A stretch of DNA of 44,400 nucleotides from a virus: positions 1 through 44,400 of IMG/VR virus record IMGVR_UViG_3300037502_000804. One strand, given 5' to 3'. Shown here piece after piece: positions 16,321 to 24,041 of this stretch; position 1 is the first letter of the stretch, and each line of letters starts with the position of its first letter. Under the pieces are notes generated by a model. The model saw only the letters and a list, made by a program, of their open reading frames with translations. It had not been told where the DNA came from and did no database searches. A program made the translations under genes and the position numbers.

Positions 16321-16959
16321 ATGTCTGATTTTTCCGTTGCCTTAATTAAATCTGAGTTTCGTGTGGATTCTCGCCTACTCGCTCCAGAATTAAATCACCG
16401 TCATCGCACAATACTTGAAAACATAGATAAGTATAAATCGCAATTTGAGTCACTTGGTCAGCTTCCGTTTCAAACGGAATGTGGATACAACAATTCTCAA
16501 GTTAGATTTGCTTTATTGAATGAAGATCAATGCTACTTTCTTCTAACTTTAATGCGAAACAATAATCATATTGTTGCCGCAAAGTTAAAGCTAGTTAAAG
16601 CATTTCGTGACGCTAGAACGCAATTAGCTAAGAGAGATATAGCTAGAATTGAAGGGAAACAAGTTCGACACTTGGAAACTGATGCTATTCGTGACTTGGT
16701 TGACTATGCAAGAAAAAATGGTAGCTCAAATGCAGAAATGTATTACATGACCATTACAAAGATGACAAATGCTGCTTTAGGCATTGAAGCAGGTCAGCGC
16801 GACATATTGCCTATCAGAAAATTGGATGAAATAAAGATAGCGGAAACAATGGTTAAAATTGCCATTAGTGATGGATTGAATGCTGGACTTGATTACAAGG
16901 AGATTTACAAGCTTTGCAAGGATAGGGTTTCATTTATTGCTAAGACTTTATTAAATTAG
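16321..16959 (+). CDS. Rha-family phage regulatory protein (second copy)
   Basis: ALIKSEFRVDSRLLAPELNHRHRTILENIDKY matches the Rha pattern. Start trimmed from TTG 16306 to ATG 16321. Confidence 0.65.
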   Translation: MSDFSVALIKSEFRVDSRLLAPELNHRHRTILENIDKYKSQFESLGQLPFQTECGYNNSQVRFALLNEDQCYFLLTLMRNNNHIVAAKLKLVKAFRDARTQLAKRDIARIEGKQVRHLETDAIRDLVDYARKNGSSNAEMYYMTITKMTNAALGIEAGQRDILPIRKLDEIKIAETMVKIAISDGLNAGLDYKEIYKLCKDRVSFIAKTLLN

Positions 16960-16986
16960 TTAATAACCCATATCAAAACAACTGAT

Positions 16987-17014
16987 TTGTATTTTTAGTT
17001 TGGTTTGGTATTAT
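16987..17014 (+). promoter_or_regulatory. Promoter TTGTAT-16 nt-(TGg)TATTAT driving an ORF-free unit
   Basis: Extended -10 TGGTATTAT at 17006-17014. Confidence 0.45.
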
Positions 17015-17020
17015 GGTTTT

Positions 17021-17458
17021 ATTGATCGAATCTGTGGGCGACACAGTAAGAGCAGAGCAAAGACACAAGCGGGCTAATTAATGGTTTTCCATGTAGCTTG
17101 TGCCATGCAACTATTCGCACGTTGCCGATCAATGAATCCTCTTGGGTTAAAGGTTGTACCACTAAATGACTGCTAGGAAAGACTAGCAAACTTAGAGAAG
17201 TGAATAGCACACAACAGTAACACATAGTTAAAGGTTATCTAGGTGTTCTGTATAAACCTTGTTGTATCGTGTCAGTTCACTTCATCTAAGTTAAAATTCA
17301 GACGAAAGCACAAACCCGAAAGGGATATTACGTCTTGCGAAGTGAATCAATGAAAGTGCAATCACTAGCCCTTAAACACAAAAGGTTTTAGCGCATAAGG
17401 CAAAATGCAAAGTGTGTTAGTTAAGCCAATAGAGCCACCTTCGGGTGGTTTTATTTTA
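17021..17458 (+). ncRNA. Candidate structured non-coding RNA (about 440 nt, unknown class)
   Basis: It lies in the longest ORF-free stretch of the genome (16960-17537) and is bounded by a promoter and a terminator. Contains multiple hairpins including ccc-GAAA-ggg and tgctag-gaaaga-ctagca. Locally looks more GC-rich than its flanks. Confidence 0.4.
17434..17457 (+). terminator. Rho-independent terminator
   Basis: gccacc-ttcg-ggtggt stem-loop plus ttttatttt. Confidence 0.75.
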
Positions 17459-17474
17459 TCTAAACTATTTTAGA

Positions 17475-17489
17475 TTTACTATTGAGAAT
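17475..17489 (+). promoter_or_regulatory. 15-bp motif TTTACTATTGAGAAT, site 4
   Basis: Exact match. TTGAGA-17 nt-(TGg)TAAGAT (17502-17510) lies downstream. Confidence 0.65.
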
Positions 17490-17537
17490 TATATTCAAGA
17501 GTGGTAAGATTTAGTTATTCAGTAGAAGGGGTTTGAA

Positions 17538-17744
17538 ATGATTAGTTTTTTAGAATATGCAATACCTATTTTAATAATAATTTTTAGTCTTGTTTTTATT
17601 GTTTGGTTGTTTAGATATAAGCCAAGTGATTACTTAAATCAAAGATTAATGATTATTGGATTTCCAGTATTTTTAGTGTTTGCAATAATTTTTATTATTA
17701 TTGCTATATCAATGTTGAGTTTCGGTCATTGGATTGGTGGTTAA
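17538..17744 (+). CDS. Two-TM small membrane protein
   Basis: Hydrophobic ORF with a GAAGGGG SD-like sequence. Confidence 0.6.
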   Translation: MISFLEYAIPILIIIFSLVFIVWLFRYKPSDYLNQRLMIIGFPVFLVFAIIFIIIAISMLSFGHWIGG

Positions 17745-17745
17745 A

Positions 17746-17925
17746 ATGATTAACGTAGTTTATTTGGTTTTGGTTATTCATAGTGTGTATGGAAATAGCG
17801 AGTCAATTACTAACATAACCATTCCTCAAGCAAACATAGCTCAATGTGAAGTTAACAGAAAGAACTATAAAAACACTTATAATGTGAAAGCGTCTTATTG
17901 CATCGTAGGAGTAATGCCGAAATGA
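17746..17925 (+). CDS. Small protein with N-terminal signal-like segment
   Basis: Start trimmed to ATG 17746. MINVVYLVLVIHSVYG leader. Confidence 0.5.
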   Translation: MINVVYLVLVIHSVYGNSESITNITIPQANIAQCEVNRKNYKNTYNVKASYCIVGVMPK

Positions 17926-18095
17926 TTAAAGCGGAACTAGTTTCAGAATCAAAAGGAAGTGCTAGGAATTTATTGGATAAGGTGGTTTGCAGTAAAGAAA
18001 AAATACCACATACAGATTACATGTTTAATCCTAGTTACGTTGATAAAAAAAAGTTTCCAGAATTATCAATAGAGCAAAAGAGCTTGGACTTATAG
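17922..18095 (+). CDS. Small hypothetical protein
   Basis: AGGAG SD. ATGA overlap at 17922. Confidence 0.5.
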   Translation: MIKAELVSESKGSARNLLDKVVCSKEKIPHTDYMFNPSYVDKKKFPELSIEQKSLDL

Positions 18096-18145
18096 AGGAT
18101 GTAAAATGAAACCAGAACAGTTTATTTATGAGTACAGGGTGAATA

Positions 18146-18469
18146 ATGGATAAACCAATAACATTTAACGAATGGTTAGGCACACAAGGCAATATGGTTC
18201 TCCTTCATGCCAATTGTTGCCGTATTGCCTTTGAAGGTGGTCAGCAGTCACAGCAAGCGAAAGTAGAGGAGCTGCAAAAGCAATTAAATGAATACATATT
18301 TGTGGCTGAAACTATTGATGAAATGTATGTGAAAGAAGTCCAGAAAAGTGACGAGCTGCAAAAGCGGGTGGACAAAGCAATTAGATTTCTTGTGGAGGCA
18401 GAATTATATCAATCAGAGCCTAACATTGATTTAGCGGTTAAAGCGCTCAAAGGGGAATCTAATGATTAA
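18146..18469 (+). CDS. Hypothetical coiled-coil protein
   Basis: ORF of 107 aa. Confidence 0.6.
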   Translation: MDKPITFNEWLGTQGNMVLLHANCCRIAFEGGQQSQQAKVEELQKQLNEYIFVAETIDEMYVKEVQKSDELQKRVDKAIRFLVEAELYQSEPNIDLAVKALKGESND

Positions 18470-18551
18470 GCCTGAAGTTTATATGCTTCTTATTGTTTAC
18501 GCTGTAATATGTATTTTCTTTGGATATTGCTTAGGGGTTGTTAGTAAATGA
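18462..18551 (+). CDS. Micro membrane protein (29 aa), not in ORF track
   Basis: Overlapping start and stop. Hydrophobic. Confidence 0.3.
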   Translation: MIKPEVYMLLIVYAVICIFFGYCLGVVSK

Positions 18552-18649
18552 CCACATTCAAAGAATGCAACCACGAATATCAATATTGCTGGATTTATAA
18601 AGCTTACTTATGTATACACTGCGACAAGATGAGGGTTGAAGATGAACAT
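18548..18649 (+). CDS. Cys-rich micro-protein (33 aa), not in ORF track
   Basis: ATGA overlap. Cysteine pattern C...C...C..C. Confidence 0.3.
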
Positions 18650-18890
18650 TGAAGAGATTAAGGGAAATGCGCCTGATGGGGCAGAATTTTATTATATAGA
18701 TGATGGTATATTTTGCGGAGAGGTGTTCTACTTCAAGAATGGCGACTCGTGTTTTTTAGATATGTTTGACGAGAATACTAATACATGGATTAACGCCAGA
18801 ATTCCAAGAATGGATGTTCAGTTTAAAGCCAGTTACTTTGCAGATTGCACAATGTCAGTTGAGCATGATCACATTAAGCCCCTTAATTGA
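18642..18890 (+). CDS. NAPxGA...IKPL family small protein, paralog 3
   Basis: MNIEEIKGNAPDGAEFY...HIKPLN. Start trimmed from TTG 18636 to ATG 18642 (GAGGG SD). Confidence 0.6.
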   Translation: MNIEEIKGNAPDGAEFYYIDDGIFCGEVFYFKNGDSCFLDMFDENTNTWINARIPRMDVQFKASYFADCTMSVEHDHIKPLN

Positions 18891-18902
18891 GGGCTTTTTT
18901 TA
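18876..18902 (+). terminator. Rho-independent terminator overlapping the stop codon
   Basis: aagccc...gggctt stem-loop plus ttttttt. Confidence 0.7.
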
Positions 18903-18913
18903 TAACCATTACT

Positions 18914-18922
18914 TGCTATAAT
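18914..18922 (+). promoter_or_regulatory. Extended -10 promoter TGcTATAAT for the scaffold/capsid operon
   Basis: Read from the sequence, 28 nt before ATG 18950. Confidence 0.5.
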
Positions 18923-18949
18923 CAAGAAAAGTGATATAGGTGAGTAAAA

Positions 18950-20299
18950 ATGCCTCTAATTAAAGGTAGCTCACAGGATGTTATTCATAAGAACATTCGT
19001 GAGCTAATTGATTCAGGAAAACCGAAAGATCAAGCGATTGCCATAGCTTATAAAGAAGCTGGGATGGCGAATGATACTGACTTTGATAAGTTGGAAGAAT
19101 TGTTTGATCAATGGCTTGAAGAAGAAAAGAAAGAGCCAGAACATGCAATGGATAAGTCAGCTCGTAGATACGATAGGAACAATCACTTAATTGTTGATAA
19201 AACCGTTATAACAAAAGCCGCAGTAAATCCTTATATTGGCTCATCTATCCCACGCTGGAAAGAATTAGGCTTAGATCCAAATAAAGAATACATGCTATTG
19301 CGTGATCCTGAAGAACTACGCAAGTCATTAGACACATTCAAAGGTTTACAGCTTCTCAAACGTCATATCCCTGTTGACGCATCTCAACCAGAAAAAGAAT
19401 CGACTATCGGATCTATTGGCACAGACATAACAATGGATGACGAGGGCCGTGTTTGGTCATCATTGCGTGTATTTGATCAAGAAGGCATTGACTATATCGA
19501 AAGTAAGGCATTGGGAGAATTAAGCGCTGGTTACGCTTATGATGCTGTCATGAAATCGGGTACTTTTAATGGTGTGCCTTATGATGGTATTATGACGAAT
19601 ATTCATGGTAATCACGTTGCTATCGTTGAACGTGGTAGGATTGGAAGTGACGCGATTATCGCAGATTCAATAGAGGGTCAATTGATGACAATCAAACTTA
19701 AAAACGGAAGCCTTGCAAAACTGCAAAAACAGTTGGGCATGGATTCTTTGGAAGATGTGAAAAAAACTATTGTGGCGGTTCACGGTTCTTTGGCTCTTGA
19801 TGAAGATGACAAGAAAGCCGAGGACGAGGACGACAAAAAAGCAGAAGATGAGGACGATTTAGAAATCGTTGAAGATTCTGATGATGACGACAAACAAACT
19901 CAAGCCGACAAAGACAATGAGTCTGAAGCCATGCGTCTAAAAGCACGTGAAAAGCGTGAAGAAAAAGACCGTGACGAAGATAAAAAGCAAGCTCAAGATT
20001 CAGCTATTGCTATGGATGAAATGGAAAAACGCGTCATGGCTCGCGTAAACGGCATTCATAAAGCTGCTCGAGAAGTTGAGCCTTTGGTCGGTGTTATCGC
20101 TCTTGATGGCTTTAGTTCAGACCATGAAGTTTATGCTTATGCGCTTAAACAGAAAGGTGTGGAAACTAAAGGAATTAATACTGCTGGTTTAGCTGCTCTT
20201 GTTAAGGCGCATAAAACTCCAGCCGTTGCGATGGATTCAGCGCCTAAAGCTGGTAAACTCTCTGAAACTACACTTAAAGCATTACGAGGGCTTAAATAA
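18950..20299 (+). CDS. Prohead scaffold/protease-like protein (DUF2213-type) with acidic repeat region
   Basis: Position before the capsid gene. Repeat DEDDKKAEDEDDKKAEDEDD. Coiled-coil C-terminus. Confidence 0.6.
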   Translation: MPLIKGSSQDVIHKNIRELIDSGKPKDQAIAIAYKEAGMANDTDFDKLEELFDQWLEEEKKEPEHAMDKSARRYDRNNHLIVDKTVITKAAVNPYIGSSIPRWKELGLDPNKEYMLLRDPEELRKSLDTFKGLQLLKRHIPVDASQPEKESTIGSIGTDITMDDEGRVWSSLRVFDQEGIDYIESKALGELSAGYAYDAVMKSGTFNGVPYDGIMTNIHGNHVAIVERGRIGSDAIIADSIEGQLMTIKLKNGSLAKLQKQLGMDSLEDVKKTIVAVHGSLALDEDDKKAEDEDDKKAEDEDDLEIVEDSDDDDKQTQADKDNESEAMRLKAREKREEKDRDEDKKQAQDSAIAMDEMEKRVMARVNGIHKAAREVEPLVGVIALDGFSSDHEVYAYALKQKGVETKGINTAGLAALVKAHKTPAVAMDSAPKAGKLSETTLKALRGLK

Positions 20300-20793
20300 T
20301 GGGTTTTCAAACTAGCGTAAACTTATATAACCCGATTGGTATTCCGGGTACATTTGCTTCCATTGGTCCTTATCATTCTGTAATTGCTGGATCGCTTCAG
20401 TTTGTTGCTGGTGATGCTGGATTAGCAATCGCGGCATTTGCTTGGGGATCTTTGGTTGATGGCAAGACAACCAATGCAAAACCAGCCGATACAACCAATC
20501 ATTCATTAGGCTTTGTTAGCCGTAATTCAAATATTGCGGTTATTACTCAGTGGCAAGGTCAGTCATCAAACTTAATCCCTTCTGGTCTTGAAGTTACACT
20601 TCATGATCGTGGTGACTTTTATGCGGTGACAAAAACTGCTGCTACCGTTGGTCAAAAGATTTTTGCGTCTGATACAGATGGAACTATCCAGACTGGCGCG
20701 GCTGGTGCTACTGTTGCGGGTTATACAGAAACTCCGTTCTCTGTTACTACTCCGGGTCAAGCAAATTCAATCATCAAGATTTCAGCATTTTAA
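20299..20793 (+). CDS. Capsid-associated structural protein (possible decoration/cement)
   Basis: Gly/Ala/Thr-rich ORF between the scaffold and major capsid genes. Confidence 0.4.
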   Translation: MGFQTSVNLYNPIGIPGTFASIGPYHSVIAGSLQFVAGDAGLAIAAFAWGSLVDGKTTNAKPADTTNHSLGFVSRNSNIAVITQWQGQSSNLIPSGLEVTLHDRGDFYAVTKTAATVGQKIFASDTDGTIQTGAAGATVAGYTETPFSVTTPGQANSIIKISAF

Positions 20794-20803
20794 GGGGTAG
20801 ATA

Positions 20804-21796
20804 ATGAATTCATACGACATTCATGTATTAAACCAACGCTACAACATGAACTTGAATCCAAACTCTACAGTGTTAGCGATGGATGATATTAATGGTGGTG
20901 TAGCACAAACTATTGCAAACAGTGGTGTACCTGCTTTTTTAAGTACGTTCATTGTTCCTGGCTTCATTGAAACCCTAACCGCGCCAATGGTGCTAGGTGA
21001 AACATTTGGCGAACGTCAAATGGGTTCAAGTGCTGATTTACAAATCACTGTTGCCATCTCTGAGCTTTACGGTCAAACGTCTAGCTACGGCGACTATAAC
21101 GACAATGGTATGTCTGAAAATAACGTAAACTGGGAATATCGCCAGCCTTACCGTTATCAAACAAACATTACTATTGGTGAACTTGAGCAAGAACGTGCTG
21201 CACAAGCTCGTATTCCATTGGCTGAGCAAAAGATTAAGGCTGCAACATTAACCCTTAATCAAACTCAGAACTACATTTACATTTATGGTGTGGCTGGCCT
21301 TAAAAACTACGGCTTGTTAAACGATCCTAGCTTGCTTCCTGACTCTGTTGGTGCTAACTGGTATAACTTAACTTCTGAGCAGCTTTATAATGAAGTATTG
21401 CGCTTGTACACTCAATTGGTTGAACAGTCTAATGGTGTGTTTGCTGACCAGAATGCGAAGATGACATTAATCATGTCGCCAGTAATGAAAGCTAAATTAC
21501 ATGCAGTCAACCAATTCGGCTTAAATGCTTGGAAGACTATTAAAGAAAACTTCCCTAATTTAGAAGTTATCGGCGTTCCTCAGTATTCAACTGATGCGGG
21601 TGAAAAGATCCAATTAGTTGTAAACAGCTTCATGGGTCAAGATACGCTTGATCTTGCTTTTGTTGAGAAACTGCGTGTTCACGCTGTTGATGTTCGCACA
21701 TCTTCTTGGTATCAAAAACGCAGTCAATCTACACTAGGCGCTATCATTTATCGCCCATTCTTGATTGCTAACCAATTGGCAACCAATACACCCTAA
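20804..21796 (+). CDS. Major capsid protein
   Basis: Size, position, and a strong terminator downstream. Confidence 0.7.
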   Translation: MNSYDIHVLNQRYNMNLNPNSTVLAMDDINGGVAQTIANSGVPAFLSTFIVPGFIETLTAPMVLGETFGERQMGSSADLQITVAISELYGQTSSYGDYNDNGMSENNVNWEYRQPYRYQTNITIGELEQERAAQARIPLAEQKIKAATLTLNQTQNYIYIYGVAGLKNYGLLNDPSLLPDSVGANWYNLTSEQLYNEVLRLYTQLVEQSNGVFADQNAKMTLIMSPVMKAKLHAVNQFGLNAWKTIKENFPNLEVIGVPQYSTDAGEKIQLVVNSFMGQDTLDLAFVEKLRVHAVDVRTSSWYQKRSQSTLGAIIYRPFLIANQLATNTP

Positions 21797-21811
21797 TCAG
21801 TAACAAGAAAG

Positions 21812-21838
21812 TGCTACCCTAGCGGTAGCATTTTTTTT
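21812..21838 (+). terminator. Rho-independent terminator after the capsid gene
   Basis: tgctacc-ctagc-ggtagca stem-loop plus tttttttt. Confidence 0.8.
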
Positions 21839-21845
21839 AAGTTAA

Positions 21846-21857
21846 GATAACGTTATC
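21846..21857. promoter_or_regulatory. Perfect 12-bp palindrome GATAACGTTATC overlapping a -10-like TAAGAT (21843-21848)
   Basis: Read from the sequence. It lies between the capsid terminator and ATG 21876. Confidence 0.4.
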
Positions 21858-21875
21858 AAATAAGAGGTTTAAACA

Positions 21876-22226
21876 ATGGCTACAGTAACAATCGCTTGCC
21901 GACTTCCCAATGGTTTAACACTGGAAGTTGACGGAGTTAAAAAAACAATTAATGGGTACAACTCGGTTGCATCATCTTTAATTGTTGGAGAACACAATAA
22001 GATTGGTATCACCGAAGATGTTGACAAGGCATTTTGGGACAAGTGGCGTGAAACTTACAAAGATCACCCAATTTGCATTAATCAGCATGTTTACGAAACT
22101 AAATCTGAAAGCTCAGCAAAAGCTCAAGCTAAGGAATTGAAAGGCGTTAAATCTGGTCTTGATCAAAAAACCACACAAGAGTTAGACAAAGCTACTGGTG
22201 CTAAAAAAGACTCTGACGAGGTGTAA
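21876..22226 (+). CDS. Hypothetical virion-module protein
   Basis: ORF with an AAGAGG SD. Confidence 0.6.
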   Translation: MATVTIACRLPNGLTLEVDGVKKTINGYNSVASSLIVGEHNKIGITEDVDKAFWDKWRETYKDHPICINQHVYETKSESSAKAQAKELKGVKSGLDQKTTQELDKATGAKKDSDEV

Positions 22227-22228
22227 GC

Positions 22229-22681
22229 ATGTCTAACGTTTTCGTTTTTGATCCTGCTGCGTTTAAGCTTGCTTATCCGCAGTTTGCAAAGTTCACTAAT
22301 GAACAATTGATGAACTTCTTTGAAGAGGTGGAAAACACTATTGTTGATAACACTGAATCATCTTGCTTTAGTTTAAAAGACCGCAAGAAGTGGTTTTATC
22401 TATTGGTGGCTCATAACGCAGAATTGCAAAATAGGATCAATGACGGAAACAGCGGCTTGGTTGGTCGTATTAGCTCTGCTACAGAAGGCTCTGTATCTAT
22501 TAGCACTGACTACTCTATGGGTAGTGGTGCTTTAGAGCAATGGCTTAAACAAACGCCTTACGGGGCTAAATTCTATGCGTTTACTGCGCCATATCGAACA
22601 GCCTTGTGGGTGGCTGCTACTGCCCCTATGCCAGTTAAACGCACTAAATGGCCTTATCCTTTTGGATGGGGCGGCTATTAA
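22229..22681 (+). CDS. Head-tail adaptor (DUF4054/gp6-like)
   Basis: FKLAYPQF...LLVAHNAEL pattern. Position. Confidence 0.5.
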   Translation: MSNVFVFDPAAFKLAYPQFAKFTNEQLMNFFEEVENTIVDNTESSCFSLKDRKKWFYLLVAHNAELQNRINDGNSGLVGRISSATEGSVSISTDYSMGSGALEQWLKQTPYGAKFYAFTAPYRTALWVAATAPMPVKRTKWPYPFGWGGY

Positions 22682-22696
22682 TTAAGAGGCATTGTT

Positions 22697-22843
22697 ATGG
22701 AAAAAATAGTTGAAGCGCTTAAACTGCTTTTAGATGATTACGATGTTTATATGGCTGGTGGAAAATCTTTGTTTGATTGGTCGAATAGGGATCTCATCTT
22801 TAAAGATGGCTATGGTCTTGGCTCAGAAGGCTGGGATCTTTAG
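22697..22843 (+). CDS. Small hypothetical protein (48 aa), not in ORF track
   Basis: AAGAGG sits 7 nt before the ATG. The stop overlaps GTG 22843. Confidence 0.45.
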   Translation: MEKIVEALKLLLDDYDVYMAGGKSLFDWSNRDLIFKDGYGLGSEGWDL

Positions 22844-23280
22844 TGTCAATCAAACGCACAGGCTCACTAGACCAAGCATTAAACCGCTTGGTTTCTAGTA
22901 ATGATCAGTATGTAAAGGCTGGGGTAATGCCCGGATCAAAATATCCAGATGGCACCAGCGTTGCTACTGTGGCTTATAAGAACGAATATGGGTTTAAGAA
23001 TATTCCGAGTCGTCCATTTATAAGAACCACTGTAAGAGAGCAAAAAGCTGCTTGGGTGGAGCTAACCAAGAAAGGTATTAAGGCTGGGTATACATTAGAG
23101 CATACGCTTAATTTGGTTGGGTTGAGTATGCAGAATGAGATTCAATACTCTATTATGATATGGTCACAGCCTCCAAACGCACCATACACCATTAAAAAGA
23201 AAGGGCAAAATTCGCCGTTAAGGGATAGTTTGCTCATGCATGACAGTATTAAATACGAAGTTGTTGAGGGTAAATTATGA
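22843..23280 (+). CDS. HK97 gp10-like head-tail joining protein
   Basis: YGFKNIPSRPFIRTTV motif. Confidence 0.55.
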   Translation: MSIKRTGSLDQALNRLVSSNDQYVKAGVMPGSKYPDGTSVATVAYKNEYGFKNIPSRPFIRTTVREQKAAWVELTKKGIKAGYTLEHTLNLVGLSMQNEIQYSIMIWSQPPNAPYTIKKKGQNSPLRDSLLMHDSIKYEVVEGKL

Positions 23281-23462
23281 AAGTATCAATAAAATTAAAT
23301 TCAGAAAAACTCTACCAAAAGCTTGAAAAGGCCATTGAAAATTTTAAAGATGAGGAATCAAAACAATTGAATGATGTTGATATTGGCAAATGTTCGGATG
23401 ACTACATTACGGCACTACTTATATTTGATCAGACACTCTTTACGACAAAAGTTATAGATTAA
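23277..23462 (+). CDS. Hypothetical protein
   Basis: ORF with an ATGA overlap. Confidence 0.5.
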   Translation: MKVSIKLNSEKLYQKLEKAIENFKDEESKQLNDVDIGKCSDDYITALLIFDQTLFTTKVID

Positions 23463-23474
23463 TTAAAACACCTA

Positions 23475-23503
23475 TTGCATTCTCAATAGTAAATAAATAT
23501 AAT
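23475..23503 (+). promoter_or_regulatory. Strong sigma70 promoter TTGCAT-17 nt-TATAAT (moron cassette 1)
   Basis: Consensus -10. The spacer contains the 15-bp motif in reverse orientation (23479-23493). The 32-bp core 23474-23505 is identical to 30661-30692. Confidence 0.7.
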
Positions 23504-23540
23504 GATTTTATAACAAGCAATAAAGCTTAAATGTAGGACG

Positions 23541-23759
23541 ATGAAAATGTTTACTCAAGAATTTTTAAACCTAGGCCGTATTGCAGCAGAAGCAGCAATC
23601 GAAACACTAATCGAAAAGGCTAAGAACGAAACTGGTAAGACTGTTAGCTTTACAGAAATGCTTGATTTAACTAGAACAGATGAGTCAGTATCTAAAATGT
23701 ACGAAGAACTTTTACTAAAAGGTATGCAATTTATGACACTTAACGGTGGTGCTCAATAA
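23541..23759 (+). CDS. Moron cassette 1 protein A (72 aa, unknown function)
   Basis: AGGA SD-like sequence. Has its own promoter. Confidence 0.6.
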   Translation: MKMFTQEFLNLGRIAAEAAIETLIEKAKNETGKTVSFTEMLDLTRTDESVSKMYEELLLKGMQFMTLNGGAQ

Positions 23760-23950
23760 TGGGGCCGCATCTTTGTATGGATTGGGTGAAAAAGTACGGC
23801 GGTAGAGAGTTTGATTACTTAACAAATTTAAGCGTAGTTGAACATGTTGCAGATAAAGCTAAGGAAATCGCAATTTCAGAAGAAGAAATAAAGCTTTGTG
23901 ATGCGGCAAAAGAAGCGGCAATAAAGCAAATACAGGAAATCCATAAATAA
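23759..23950 (+). CDS. Moron cassette 1 protein B (63 aa, unknown function)
   Basis: TAATG overlap with protein A. Confidence 0.55.
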   Translation: MGPHLCMDWVKKYGGREFDYLTNLSVVEHVADKAKEIAISEEEIKLCDAAKEAAIKQIQEIHK

Positions 23951-24011
23951 CCCGCCCAGCTCTGGCTTTTCTTATTTCAGTTAGCGTAAATATTTCAAAA
24001 ATTAAGCTATA

Positions 24012-24041
24012 CTAGCCTCATCAAACGATGGGGCTTTTTTA
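24012..24041 (+). terminator. Rho-independent terminator abutting ATG 24042
   Basis: agcctc-atcaaacgat-ggggct stem-loop plus tttttt. Confidence 0.55.

Noticed and set aside
17019-17225. Minus-strand 68-aa ORF inside the ORF-free unit
   Set aside because: It has no SD and a Cys/Leu/Ser-rich composition that looks random. It runs antisense to a promoter-terminator pair, so it is more likely a chance ORF in structured non-coding DNA.
17273-17296. GTTCACTTCATCTAAGTTAAAA resembles the two ends of type I-F CRISPR repeats (GTTCACT...CTAAGAAA), hinting at an RNA anti-CRISPR decoy
   Set aside because: The central Cas6f hairpin (CTGCCGTATAGGCAG-like) is absent, and the Acinetobacter I-F repeat as I recall it differs. 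The match is short and AT-rich, so I treat it as coincidence unless a search shows otherwise.
19790-19870. DNA repeat in the scaffold gene (DEDDKKAEDEDDKKAEDEDD)
   Set aside because: It is an in-frame acidic low-complexity repeat, which is typical of scaffold proteins and not a separate element.
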